Assembly (NCBI GenBank): GCA_004555175.1
Contig: SFJE01000002.1
Span: 32,333-96,332, forward strand
DNA: 64,000 bases
From: Lentisphaeraceae bacterium
Lineage (GTDB): Bacteria > Verrucomicrobiota > Kiritimatiellia > RFP12 > DVOR01
Reading direction: 5' to 3'
Shown here piece by piece: positions 28,290 to 37,610 of the stretch; positions within the stretch are counted from its first letter, which is position 1, and each line of letters opens with the position of its first letter. The notes beneath the pieces were generated by a model. It was not told the origin of the DNA. It worked only from the letters and a program-made list of their open reading frames with translations, and made no database searches. The position numbers and the translations under genes were made by a program.

Positions 28290-29404
28290 ACGGTAAACGA
28301 GACAGGTTTAAGGGTGTTTGCTTCGGGGTCGATTTCTTGATTGAGCGTAACGCGGCCGACCCCCAGGAGGATGCCGACAGCGGAGAACGAGGCCAGAAGG
28401 CAGGAGCCGCCATAGGAGAGAAAGGGCAAAGCCAGTCCCTTCGTCGGAAAGAGGTGTGTGACCACGGCCATATTGGCCGCGCCCTGCGCGCAGAGAAGCA
28501 TGGTTGCCCCAAAGGCTAGGAGCGTTCCCTGCTTATCCTTGGCACGGAAGGCAATCGTCGCCCCGCCGCCCAGGAGTAGCAAATAGGCCAACCAAACTCC
28601 GCCGGTGGCCACGAGCCCCATATCCTCAGCCACCACAGCAAAGATGAAGTCGGTATGGCACTCGGGCAGATAATACTCCTTCTGCATGCCCTGCCCGATG
28701 CCCACGCCACGCAAACCGCCGTTGCGAAAGGCAATCTCAGACTGCAACGCCTGGTCGTTCTCGTCGTTCGCCTCTTTACGCAGGCGCGCCATCCGGTTTG
28801 GATTGAGCGCCACCAGAATACCAATCGCAGCGACCCCAATCGCCCCTAGCAACAGACAGCGCCGAATCGAGACGCCCCCCAACAGCAATGTCAGCCCGCA
28901 GAGCGCGCAATAGACAAAGGACCCCCCAAAGTCCGGCTGCGCCAAGGTCAACATCAGCGGCACGGCCACCAGCGCCATCGGCACGACGAAACCACGGCCA
29001 AAGCGCCGAATCAGTCCCCCCTGCACCTCTAGGTAGGCCGAGAGCACCACAATGATGAAGAGCTTAACGAACTCAATGGGCTGCAGACTAAACGGCCCTA
29101 GGTTAATCCACCGGTGCGCGCCCTTGGCCGCGCGCCCAAGCCCCGGCACAAACACCGCCACCAGCGCGCACACCATCAGCGCAAAAAGCGTCCACATCAC
29201 CGCCGGGCGCCGATAAAAGCGATAATCAATGAAGTAGAAGAATGTGGCCAACACAATCCCCAACACCAAAAAGGCGCTCTGCATAATGCAGTAATGATAG
29301 GGCCCAAGCCCCTGCGACTTGCTGGCATACGAAATCACCATCACCCCGAACACTGCGAGGGCGAAGGTGACAATCATAATCGTGCGAAGGGCAAGCTTGA
29401 GCAT
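28286..29404 (-). CDS. SEDS family peptidoglycan glycosyltransferase (FtsW/RodA)
   Basis: Ten-TM SEDS blocks (DFGGSF, LPFLSYGGS). ATGA overlap with the HAD gene. Confidence 0.85.
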   Translation of the reverse strand: MLKLALRTIMIVTFALAVFGVMVISYASKSQGLGPYHYCIMQSAFLVLGIVLATFFYFIDYRFYRRPAVMWTLFALMVCALVAVFVPGLGRAAKGAHRWINLGPFSLQPIEFVKLFIIVVLSAYLEVQGGLIRRFGRGFVVPMALVAVPLMLTLAQPDFGGSFVYCALCGLTLLLGGVSIRRCLLLGAIGVAAIGILVALNPNRMARLRKEANDENDQALQSEIAFRNGGLRGVGIGQGMQKEYYLPECHTDFIFAVVAEDMGLVATGGVWLAYLLLLGGGATIAFRAKDKQGTLLAFGATMLLCAQGAANMAVVTHLFPTKGLALPFLSYGGSCLLASFSAVGILLGVGRVTLNQEIDPEANTLKPVSFTV

Positions 29405-29495
29405 CGCTGCGGGCCTATCAAGGGAAAAAAGGAGCGGATTGCAAGTGGCGCGGGCCAGGGTGCAATCCGCCATCTATCAGCGCCAAGCGCTGGGC

Positions 29496-30557
29496 TTAGT
29501 GCTTCGGGATACGGAGCGTAGTGCCAGGAGCCACCGCATTATTCGTGGTATCCTCAAGGTTATTTGCCGCACGCAGGTCGGTCAAGAGCACATTGAACCT
29601 CAACGAGATGCTCACCAGGTCCTCCTTCTCGCCCACCACGTAGGTGGTGAACTCATCGGCCGGCGCCGCCGGCTGCTGCTGGGGCACCGGAGGCTGGGGC
29701 GCAGCCTCCTCCACGGGCGCCACCGGGGGCGGCGGCAACGCTTCCTCGCCCTGCTGGGCGTCCACCGGCGTAACAATCACCGTCTGCTCTTCAGCGGCCG
29801 GGACCGGCTGCTCGACCACAGGCTTCTGCTCAACAGGCTTCTGCTCCACCGGCTTCGCAGCAGGCTTCTGGGTAGCAGGCTTCGCGGCGGACTTCTGAGC
29901 GGGCTTCTTCGTCGCACCCGGGATAGCGAGCTTCTGGCCCACCCAAATCGTGTCGCCCTTCAAGTTGTTGGCCTTCTTGATGGCCTCCACCTTCACCCCA
30001 TGCTTACGCGCAATCGTGCCAAGCACATCACCGGACTTGACCGTATAGGTCGTCGACCCGGCCGGCGCCGCCGGCTTCGCCGCACGCGGCTTGGCCTTGA
30101 CCGTCACATCCGTTCCTGCCGGCAAGAGCACCTTCTGCCCGATGCGCAGGTTGTTCGGATTCCCGCGCAACGAGGGGTTGAGGGCCAGAATATCAGGCTG
30201 ACGGACTTTGAAGCGAGTGGCGAGCGCGCTCACCGAATCCCCCGCCGTCACCGTGTAACTCACCGGCTGAGGATGAACCGCCTCGGGCTTCTTCGCCTCA
30301 GGCTTGGCTTCGGGCTGCGTAGCGGGCGCGGGCTTGACCTCGGGCTCAGCCGTCTCAGGTGCCACTTCGGCCTCATTCGGAGTAACCGTCGGCTCGGCGC
30401 TCACCTCGGCTTCGACCTGCTCAGCCTCTTGGCGATTGACCTCAATGGCTTCCTGCTGCGCCTGGCTAGCCGCAGCCTCCTGCTTCGTGGCGCAACCAGT
30501 CAGCACCACAGCGGAACACGCCGTTAGACAAAGGGAAAACAACACTTGCTTCTTCAT
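29496..30557 (-). CDS. lipoprotein with LysM peptidoglycan-binding domains and Pro/Lys/Glu-rich linkers
   Basis: Lipobox LTGC, and three LysM-like repeats (YTVTAGDSVSALA, YTVKSGDVLGTIA, YVVGEKEDLVSIS). Confidence 0.8.
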   Translation of the reverse strand: MKKQVLFSLCLTACSAVVLTGCATKQEAAASQAQQEAIEVNRQEAEQVEAEVSAEPTVTPNEAEVAPETAEPEVKPAPATQPEAKPEAKKPEAVHPQPVSYTVTAGDSVSALATRFKVRQPDILALNPSLRGNPNNLRIGQKVLLPAGTDVTVKAKPRAAKPAAPAGSTTYTVKSGDVLGTIARKHGVKVEAIKKANNLKGDTIWVGQKLAIPGATKKPAQKSAAKPATQKPAAKPVEQKPVEQKPVVEQPVPAAEEQTVIVTPVDAQQGEEALPPPPVAPVEEAAPQPPVPQQQPAAPADEFTTYVVGEKEDLVSISLRFNVLLTDLRAANNLEDTTNNAVAPGTTLRIPKH

Positions 30558-30700
30558 TGATAAACTCCTGATCTCGAGGCTTAATCACCCTCAAAACGGC
30601 TCGAACTATACCAAACCATCACCTAAAAGGCAAGCATTTGTACCACCTGCACCCTCATTCTGCGCTCCCCGGGAACTCCGGAAATTCCGGAATAAGGGTG

Positions 30701-30895
30701 TGCAGAAGGAAAGGAACGGCGGCGCGGATTATCACGCGGCGCGAAGAGAACTAACCGCTCGGCGGAGCGCAACTAATAAGGCCCCGTCTTATTGGTAACA
30801 AGGCCCCGTCTTATTGGCAACAAGACCCCGTCTTATTGGCAACAAGGCGGGGCCTTATTTATTCAAGTCGCTCGGGAAGCGAGTTAACCCAGCGC
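30701..30895 (+). repeat. interspersed ~195-bp repeat element copy B
   Basis: About 97% identical to 3978..4172 in the same orientation. Confidence 0.9.
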
Positions 30896-31219
30896 GGAGG
30901 TGTGATGTAATGGCGGTGCTTGAACGGTTGAAACTGTCTAACGTGAAAGGAGTATGACAATGAGCAAACAGACTGATACGGACGCTGTATAAATATCAAT
31001 AGAATTGCGCACGAGGGCGGCATCGCCCCTTGCGCTTCGCCCCCGCTACGCACATCACGCTGCACGCATTTACACGCCAACCCAACGCCTCACAACAGAA
31101 AACTTTCCACCGCTATCACATTCCCGATAACCGCATCTGCTAACCCACTCCCCTCCGTCGCCTCTCCTTTCCTACCCCCCTCGCGACAAGGGGCAGCCCC
31201 TGCATAGCCTATAAAAGAG

Positions 31220-31250
31220 GCGCTCGCCAAGCATCTCTCTTGGCGAGCGC
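31220..31250 (-). terminator. 12-bp perfect hairpin (gcgctcgccaag/cttggcgagcgc) plus T-rich tail next to the duplicated ssrA 3' end
   Basis: On the minus strand this is followed by CTCTTTTAT. It looks like an orphaned original ssrA terminator. Confidence 0.4.
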
Positions 31251-31261
31251 GCGCTCAAAAA

Positions 31262-31485
31262 TTGGTGGAGGTGGCGGAAATGAGGACCTGCAAACACAAG
31301 TCTATCTTGAGATCCTATCTTGAAACTCTATCTTAATTCAACCCAAAAAACGTATAGTCCAGATAGGAAATGCAACAGAAAGTATGAAAATGCAAAAAAC
31401 AAAAATGGTGAAAAAATGGTTAAAACCAAAAAGCCCTACATACACAAAAAACTCCTTAAAGCATTGTGCTTTAAGGAGTTAAACT
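31262..31485 (-). mobile_element. putative remnant of an ssrA-targeted integrative element (att-like duplicate of the tmRNA 3' end plus ~200-bp AT-rich insert)
   Basis: The 16-nt sequence TTGGTGGAGGTGGCGG at 31262-31277 duplicates the ssrA 3' end at 31485-31500. The intervening 31279-31455 is strongly AT-rich, unlike the rest of the window. Confidence 0.35.
31456..31482 (-). terminator. intrinsic terminator of ssrA
   Basis: Hairpin ctccttaaagc acaat gctttaaggag followed by TTTTTT on the minus strand. Confidence 0.7.
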
Positions 31486-31841
31486 TGGTGGAGGTGGCGG
31501 GAATTGAACCCGCGTCCAAAGCAGCTTCACAGCGATGTCTACGTGCGTAGCCGGATCTTTGTGTCGCGCAAGGCAAGCCAACCGGCGGGCCAGACCTTGA
31601 GCCACCCTTCATGATGGTACGGTTACGTGTTCCCGAGGGGCCGGTTCACGCAGAGACCTGCGGGTTGACGCGTCCGCCCTTAGCAGGTGTCAGGGGTTCA
31701 GCGACGGGCCAAAAAGGTTAGGCCGCGTAGGCGAAGTTATCGTTCGCAGTTAGGTTTTTGATCGATGTTTTACGGGGCCAACGATCATCCCCGGCACGCA
31801 ACCGAAGTTCCGACATGCCCTGTCGAGACCTGGTCACCCCC
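31486..31841 (-). ncRNA. ssrA: tmRNA (ssrA); encoded tag peptide ANDNFAYAA
   Basis: 5' end GGGGGUGACCAGG and 3' end GGACGCGGGUUCAAUUCCCGCCACCUCCACCA (T-arm plus CCA). Resume codon and tag ORF GCGAACGATAACTTCGCCTACGCGGCCTAA. Confidence 0.9.
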
Positions 31842-31900
31842 GAAAATCGGGAAAACGGGGCGCAGGATAGCAAAAAGGGGTTGGGAAGTCCAGTGAAAAG

Positions 31901-31909
31901 TGCTACAAT
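31901..31909 (+). promoter_or_regulatory. extended -10 TGcTACAAT, 6 nt upstream of the rsmE ATG (leaderless-type)
   Basis: tgctacaat-ctcggt-ATG. Confidence 0.45.
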
Positions 31910-31915
31910 CTCGGT

Positions 31916-32680
31916 ATGATTAGGCAGAAAGTATCGACCGAGGAGATTATGCGCGAGGGGCTGGTGCTCTTCGGCGAGGCGGCGCATCACCTCTTGCACG
32001 TGCTTCGGGTTAAGCCCGGGGCGGAGATTGGATGTTTCGATGGGGCTGGGCATACGCGGCTTTATCATGTGACCGAACGCGGGGAGGCCGAACTGACCTT
32101 GCAGGCCAAACAACCCGTCTTCGACTGCGCGCAGCCTCCGGTGGAGTTAGTGCTCTTTGCCTGCATTCCCAAGGGCGAGCGGATGGATTGGTTACTTGAG
32201 AAGGCCACCGAGCTGGGCGTGGGGCGAATTGTGCCGGTGATGAGCGCACGGACGGTGGTGCGGCTGGCTGGGGCGCAGGCGGAGGCTAAGCGCGCGCGGT
32301 GGCAGCGAATTGTCGAGGCGGCCTCGCGCCAATGTGGGGCCACGCGTGTGCCAGAGGTGACCTTGCCCGTGCCCTTTAAGGAGACCGAGCCGATGATGCG
32401 CGCGTGCTCGACCCTCATCGTCGCAGCCCTCATTCCCCAAGCCAAGCCCCTTAAGCCGGTGCTTGATACGCTCGACCCGGCGCGCCCGGGCCAGGTGTGG
32501 GGGTGGTGGTGCGGCCCGGAGGGGGACTTCACCCCCGGCGAGATGGAGGCGATCCTCGCGTGCGGCGCCACGCCGGTCACCCTAGGCCCGCTCATTTTAC
32601 GTGTCGAGACAGCCGCCATTTACGGTCTAGCCAACCTCGGCTGCGTTCGCAACAACCTGCCGCAGACACAGGAGGCATAA
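31916..32680 (+). CDS. rsmE: 16S rRNA (uracil1498-N3)-methyltransferase
   Basis: RsmE family PUA-like N-domain and SPOUT C-domain blocks. Confidence 0.8.
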   Translation: MIRQKVSTEEIMREGLVLFGEAAHHLLHVLRVKPGAEIGCFDGAGHTRLYHVTERGEAELTLQAKQPVFDCAQPPVELVLFACIPKGERMDWLLEKATELGVGRIVPVMSARTVVRLAGAQAEAKRARWQRIVEAASRQCGATRVPEVTLPVPFKETEPMMRACSTLIVAALIPQAKPLKPVLDTLDPARPGQVWGWWCGPEGDFTPGEMEAILACGATPVTLGPLILRVETAAIYGLANLGCVRNNLPQTQEA

Positions 32681-32684
32681 AATA

Positions 32685-33518
32685 ATGGACGACGTGCTTT
32701 TCCCCACCGTAGGCATCGCGGGCATTGGCCTCATCGGCGGCTCGTTGGCCAAGGACCTGCGGACCTTTGGGCTCACCAACCGCTTGATCGGTTGGAACCG
32801 CACCGCCGCGCACGCTGAGCGCGCGCTCGAGCTCGGGCTGGTTGACGACCTGGCGCCTTCGCTTGAAGCGTTGGTGGCAGCGTGTGACCTGACCGTCCTG
32901 GCGATGCCGGTGGATGTACTGGTGCGCCTGCTGCCCGGGCTTCTCTCCACCCTCCGCCCCGGCCAGGTGCTCATCGATGTGGGCTCCACCAAACAGGCCA
33001 TTGCGCAGGCGGCCGCCAACCACCCCAACCGCCGCCAGTTCGTGGCCTGCCACCCCATGGCCGGCACCGAAAAGAGCGGCCCGGATGCAGCCATCGACAA
33101 CCTCTTCCGTAACCGCTTCACCCTCCTTATCGATCCGGAGGCCAGTGATCCCGAGGCCCTTGCGCGCGTCAGCGCCATGTGGCAGCGCGTCGGCGCGGTC
33201 CTCGCCACCCTCTCGGCCGAAGCGCACGACCGCACCGCCGCCCTCCTCTCGCACATGCCCCATGTCTTGGCTTACGCCTTGGCGCGGACGATTAAGGAGG
33301 CCGAACGTAACCAGGCCCTCAACGCCCGCTTCGCCGGCGGCGGCCTAGCCTCGATGACGCGCATTGCCCACTCGCCCATCACCATGTGGCAGCCAATCTT
33401 TCGCCAGAACCGCGAGGCCCTTCTCACGGCCATTGATGCCTTTTCTGCGCACCTCGCCGCCTTCCGCAAAGCCATTGCTGAGGGTGACGACGACGCGCTC
33501 GTTGAACTGATGCGTTAA
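32685..33518 (+). CDS. tyrA: prephenate/arogenate dehydrogenase
   Basis: GIGLIGGS Rossmann motif and conserved HPMAG catalytic block. Confidence 0.85.
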   Translation: MDDVLFPTVGIAGIGLIGGSLAKDLRTFGLTNRLIGWNRTAAHAERALELGLVDDLAPSLEALVAACDLTVLAMPVDVLVRLLPGLLSTLRPGQVLIDVGSTKQAIAQAAANHPNRRQFVACHPMAGTEKSGPDAAIDNLFRNRFTLLIDPEASDPEALARVSAMWQRVGAVLATLSAEAHDRTAALLSHMPHVLAYALARTIKEAERNQALNARFAGGGLASMTRIAHSPITMWQPIFRQNREALLTAIDAFSAHLAAFRKAIAEGDDDALVELMR

Positions 33519-33536
33519 CATTATAAGGAGTAACCG

Positions 33537-33800
33537 ATGAAACCGATCTTGATGATGGTAATGGCCGGCTGCCCGCACTGCCGCCACGCCCGGGAGCTAA
33601 TGGACCAACTCTTCAAAGAGCACCCCATCTACGCCGACATCCCCCTGCGTATCGTCGACGAGACCGAAGAGCCCGCCTTCGCCGAAACGCTCGATTACTA
33701 CTACGTCCCCACCTTCTTCGTGGGCGACCAAAAGATGCACGAAGGCGTCCCCACCCGCGAGGCCATTGAGGCCGTCTTCCTCGCCGCGCTCAAAGACTAA
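33537..33800 (+). CDS. glutaredoxin-like thioredoxin-fold protein
   Basis: CPHC active-site motif in an 87-aa protein. Confidence 0.6.
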   Translation: MKPILMMVMAGCPHCRHARELMDQLFKEHPIYADIPLRIVDETEEPAFAETLDYYYVPTFFVGDQKMHEGVPTREAIEAVFLAALKD

Positions 33801-33805
33801 GCGCC

Positions 33806-34168
33806 ATGTCCTTACTCCTCTTCGTGCCGCTCGCCGGGGCTCTTGGCGCGCTGTGCCGCTGGGGTTGTGTTCGCGCGCTGACCGCCCTCGGGGCCGGCGC
33901 GCCCTGGGGCACCCTAGCGGTCAACCTCCTGGGCAGCTTCCTCGCGGGTCTGCTTTACGCGCCCCTGCGCGCCCACCATCCCCTTCTGGCCCAAATCCTC
34001 TTCCTGGGCTTCCTCGGGGCCTTCACCACCTTCTCCACCTACACCCTCGAGACCGCCAACCTCGCCCTCCAAGGCCACCTGGCCAAGGCGCTCCTCAACC
34101 TTACCCTCCAAAACGGCCTCGGCCTTCTCGCCGCCCTCGCCGGTCTCCTCCTCACCTCGCGCCCCTAA
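33806..34168 (+). CDS. crcB: fluoride ion channel CrcB/FluC
   Basis: GFLGAFTTFSTY signature; 4 TM; 120 aa. Confidence 0.85.
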   Translation: MSLLLFVPLAGALGALCRWGCVRALTALGAGAPWGTLAVNLLGSFLAGLLYAPLRAHHPLLAQILFLGFLGAFTTFSTYTLETANLALQGHLAKALLNLTLQNGLGLLAALAGLLLTSRP

Positions 34169-34312
34169 TAACCGCGCGCTTCCCTTTCGCCAATTCGCGC
34201 TTCGGGCTTAGGGATATACTTTTGAGTGTCTTTTGAGACGCTTTTCGTATATAATGCAGCCCATTTCGGCATCCAAAAGAGGGGCCGAGGCGATGAGTGA
34301 AAGGATGAGACC

Positions 34313-37300
34313 ATGAATTGGATGTGCGCGCACGGAATAGCTGCGGTTTGCTTATGGATCGGGACGCTGCTCCCGGGAGTGGCGGCAGCGACAAGCTTGG
34401 AGGGCGCAACGCTTTGGCGCGCAGTGCGCGAGCGCTTCCCGGAGCTAGCGTTGACCGAGGATGTTTCGCCGACGGTGCGCGTGGCCACGGATCGGGCCTC
34501 GCTTCAGGATGCCTTGACGGCGGCTGTAACCGAGGCGGGGGAGGACCTCATTCTCTTGGATGGTCGAACCTCAGCCGAATGGACGGGTTCAACCTCAGTG
34601 ACAGTAACGATGGCCAATGGCGGCATTACCGTGGTCTCCCAAAATCCCGAGACGGGCGACTTTGAAACGCCGGTCACCTTCAAGGGCTTTGGCTTTGCCG
34701 CCACCCTATCTGCCTCTGCGCCCCTGCGCCTAGCCAACTTCGCCATTGTCGAAGCCACGACACAGCAAGCGAGTCCCATTTTTTGCTGTGCGTTGAACTT
34801 TGTGGGTTCAGGTATGGTGGTTGGAAGCGCCCTTTCAATTGTTAACTGTGGCGCAACATCAAGTACGGTTTATGCAGGTGGCGTTTATGCAATGGGTTCA
34901 ACGGTTTCGCTTTACAACACAACCATCGCCAATACGTTCACAGCGTTGTATGGAGCGGTTACCACGACGAGTGCCACGGTGACCCTAACGCATTGCACCC
35001 TCTCCGGGAACAAGAGTGCCAATGGGACAACCGTGACGACTGTTACGCGCAACGGTTCTGATGCCACCGCCCTCAATTGTTGGATGCCCGATTCGGCGGC
35101 GGTGGTGACGATGGGCGCGGGGTTGCCCCATTGCGTGCCGAAGGCCTCCGACGCGGCTATTGATGGGGCGACGGCGGAGAGCATTCTCGCGTTCGATGCG
35201 CTCGGGCGAACGCGGAAGAGTGGCGCGGCGGCGGATTTGGGCGCAGTCGAGGTCCAGGAGAGCGTAACCGTGGAGCCGCCGGCGGACCTGGTGGCGATGC
35301 CGTCGGGTCCACGCCAGGTCTACCTGGGCTGGAGCGCCATTCCGCGGGCGCAGGGCTACACCCTTGCGCGCGCGAACTCCGAGGCGGGTCCGTGGGAGGA
35401 TATTTCGGCGCAGACGCTCTGGCGCTCGCCGGGAACGGGGCGCGCGGACACGATTGCTGGTTGGGCGAGTGCGCGCTTTGTCGCGGCCAAACCGGGGAGT
35501 GCGGCCTACTATCGTCTCTCGATTCTTGTGGAGGGACAGGAGACGATCCAGTGCGAGCCCATGTACGTTGAGACCCCGGCAGCGGAGGCCGTGTCTGCCT
35601 ACCATTCGCGTCCCGGGGCAACGCGGTGCATCTATCTGGACTTTACGGGCTATGTGGAGGACTCGGCTGCACTGGTCGCCGCCGCCCGCGAGGAGCTCTC
35701 GGAGCCAGAGATGACCTATATCGCCACAGCCCCCTTTGAATATGTTGGGCGCTTTGGCGATCGCTCGCAGGTCTACCCCACGGCCTCCGCCATTTACGAC
35801 ATTTGGCGAATGGTAGCCGAAGACTTCGCTGCTTTCGACGTGGATGTCACCACCGAGCCACCCGCGTATGAGGCGTTGGTGAAGGAATCGGATGAGGATG
35901 AGGTCTACGGCAAGCGAGTGGTCATTGGCTACGCGCAGGGGACCTCGAGCCCGTGGTATTCGGGCGGTGGGGCCTTTGCCGGCGGCGGGTACTTCGGCGA
36001 GCGCGTCGATCGGCCGGTCTTCATCTTCAGCGTCCAGTCGCGCCAGAACATTGCCGCGCAGGTCACGCATGAAGTCTCGCACACCCTCGGGCTCTCGCAC
36101 GATAGCGGCAATGTCTGGTTTGGCGACTTTCGTGGTTCGCAGACCTACTACCAAGGCGTGGAGCTCACCCGCAGTGGCGAATTGAACACGAGTGCCACCT
36201 GGGAGAGCAACATCACATGGTACCCGGTGATGGGCGCAGCCCCGACGGTCCAGAAGGCAACCACCTCCGCCGGCGAGTATTACTACTATGACAGTGGCGA
36301 CTTCATCAACCAGTGGAGCCGCGGCAGCTACGCCTCGGCCACGAACCAGGAGGACGACTTTGCCATCCTGCTCGGCCTAGCTGTGGGCTCCGGCACGCAG
36401 TTTGTTGGGGAGCCGGACTTTGAGGCTGCCGCGCGGAACCTGGTGCTGGCCGCGGATGAAGCCGGGGATACCCCCGCTCAGGCCGCTGACCTTGGCGCAC
36501 TGGATGTGGGCGGAGATCAAGCCGCGCAGGGGGTGATTGGCAAGCACGTCACCGAGGCAGGCGCGGTGACCGAGGATGTGGATTGCTACGCCTTGGAGGT
36601 CGCGCAGGGCGGCTGGCTGGAGGCGGCGGTGGTGCCCGGTTTTGAGGGACTAACTGAAGGTGCCTCGCTTGATGCCTGCCTCGAACTTCTCTCCCCCGAG
36701 GGCGATCTCCTCGCCCGCGCCGAGTTGCCCCTGGGCATTGTGGAGGAGGTCACCTTCTCGCGCGTTCGCGAGGCGGGGCTTCGGATGCTTGTGCCAGCGG
36801 CCGGGCGCTACATCCTGCGCGTCTCGGGCACCGTCCACCCCGTCTTTAGCACCACCCTTTCGCCCGACGGCTCGGCCTCGGCCGAGACCCCGTGGTTCTT
36901 CAATGACCGCGAGGCTTATGGCTCCATCGGCCCCTACTCGCTCTCGGCAACCCTCTCCGCAGCCTCGGCCGCAGACCTGCCCGCCTTCCCCAAGCCCCTC
37001 GCAGGCGACGACTCCGCCTACACCCCCGCCGCCCAGCGCGCCCTCTACCAAGCGGCCAACGGGAGTGTCCCCGTCTCAATCCGCGCCACCGATGGCCGCA
37101 CGGAGGTCCTCTCCGCCCAGGCCATCAGTGAAGCCCTCGCTTGCCTCTCCGGCGCGCTTGTCCCCGAGGGCGAAGGCCTAGCGCTCGACTATCGTTTTGA
37201 GGTGACCCATCTCACCCTCGCCGAGGATTCGCTGACCGTTACCGTCGCCCTCTCCTCGCCCTTGGAGGGGTGCGACATCGCCTTCGCCGAGGGCATCACC

Positions 37301-37441
37301 TTCATTCTAACCGACTGGCGCACGGGCTCGGAGATTCGCATCGAGGCCTCCGCCGTCACGGAAGTGGACGCACGCACCCGCCGCTTTGCCCTCACACCCC
37401 CCGCCGGACTCACCTGCTTCCGCGTTCGCGTAAAGCATTAG
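34313..37441 (+). CDS. secreted multidomain metzincin-type zinc metalloprotease (beta-helix repeats, FN3, HExxHxxGxxHD catalytic domain, PPC-like C-terminal domains)
   Basis: Signal peptide; HEVSHTLGLSHD motif. TATAAT at 34245 with AAGGA SD. Confidence 0.65.
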   Translation: MNWMCAHGIAAVCLWIGTLLPGVAAATSLEGATLWRAVRERFPELALTEDVSPTVRVATDRASLQDALTAAVTEAGEDLILLDGRTSAEWTGSTSVTVTMANGGITVVSQNPETGDFETPVTFKGFGFAATLSASAPLRLANFAIVEATTQQASPIFCCALNFVGSGMVVGSALSIVNCGATSSTVYAGGVYAMGSTVSLYNTTIANTFTALYGAVTTTSATVTLTHCTLSGNKSANGTTVTTVTRNGSDATALNCWMPDSAAVVTMGAGLPHCVPKASDAAIDGATAESILAFDALGRTRKSGAAADLGAVEVQESVTVEPPADLVAMPSGPRQVYLGWSAIPRAQGYTLARANSEAGPWEDISAQTLWRSPGTGRADTIAGWASARFVAAKPGSAAYYRLSILVEGQETIQCEPMYVETPAAEAVSAYHSRPGATRCIYLDFTGYVEDSAALVAAAREELSEPEMTYIATAPFEYVGRFGDRSQVYPTASAIYDIWRMVAEDFAAFDVDVTTEPPAYEALVKESDEDEVYGKRVVIGYAQGTSSPWYSGGGAFAGGGYFGERVDRPVFIFSVQSRQNIAAQVTHEVSHTLGLSHDSGNVWFGDFRGSQTYYQGVELTRSGELNTSATWESNITWYPVMGAAPTVQKATTSAGEYYYYDSGDFINQWSRGSYASATNQEDDFAILLGLAVGSGTQFVGEPDFEAAARNLVLAADEAGDTPAQAADLGALDVGGDQAAQGVIGKHVTEAGAVTEDVDCYALEVAQGGWLEAAVVPGFEGLTEGASLDACLELLSPEGDLLARAELPLGIVEEVTFSRVREAGLRMLVPAAGRYILRVSGTVHPVFSTTLSPDGSASAETPWFFNDREAYGSIGPYSLSATLSAASAADLPAFPKPLAGDDSAYTPAAQRALYQAANGSVPVSIRATDGRTEVLSAQAISEALACLSGALVPEGEGLALDYRFEVTHLTLAEDSLTVTVALSSPLEGCDIAFAEGITFILTDWRTGSEIRIEASAVTEVDARTRRFALTPPAGLTCFRVRVKH

Positions 37442-37467
37442 GCGCCGTATCCTCCCCCCACCCCACG

Positions 37468-37508
37468 AAGTTGGGTCTAGTTCACCACGAACTAGGCCCA
37501 ACTTTTTT
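37468..37508 (+). terminator. intrinsic terminator of the metzincin gene
   Basis: 16-bp stem aagttgggtctagttc / gaactaggcccaactt followed by TTTTTT. Confidence 0.7.
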
Positions 37509-37531
37509 GAGCGATGATTGGTGACCTGGCA

Positions 37532-37575
37532 CTAAAAGAAAACCATCAGGGGGCCTTGAGGAGGCCACCCTGATG
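37532..37575 (-). terminator. intrinsic terminator of the queD operon
   Basis: Hairpin catcagggggcc ... ggccaccctgatg with a T-run on the minus strand (AAAAGAAAA on plus). Confidence 0.6.
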
Positions 37576-37610
37576 ATTCTGGAGGAGGGGATCGGTCCCG
37601 AGATTGCGCG

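Noticed and set aside
3978-30895. The two same-orientation repeat copies as direct-repeat boundaries of a 26.7-kb genomic island
   Set aside because: The enclosed genes are core housekeeping (metK, fmt, ispH, smc, nadA, tsaE and others) at uniform GC, with no integrase or mobility genes. A third copy also occurs elsewhere. An interspersed repeat family explains it better.
30960-30992. 10-codon ORF MSKQTDTDAV with a strong SD as a leader peptide gene
   Set aside because: There is no downstream gene on that strand for it to regulate, and no convincing promoter. It is kept only as a note under the structured intergenic region.
31320-31550. 76-aa ORF in the AT-rich segment running into ssrA
   Set aside because: It reads through the ssrA terminator and the tmRNA 3' domain, and its lysine-rich composition just reflects the AT-rich DNA.
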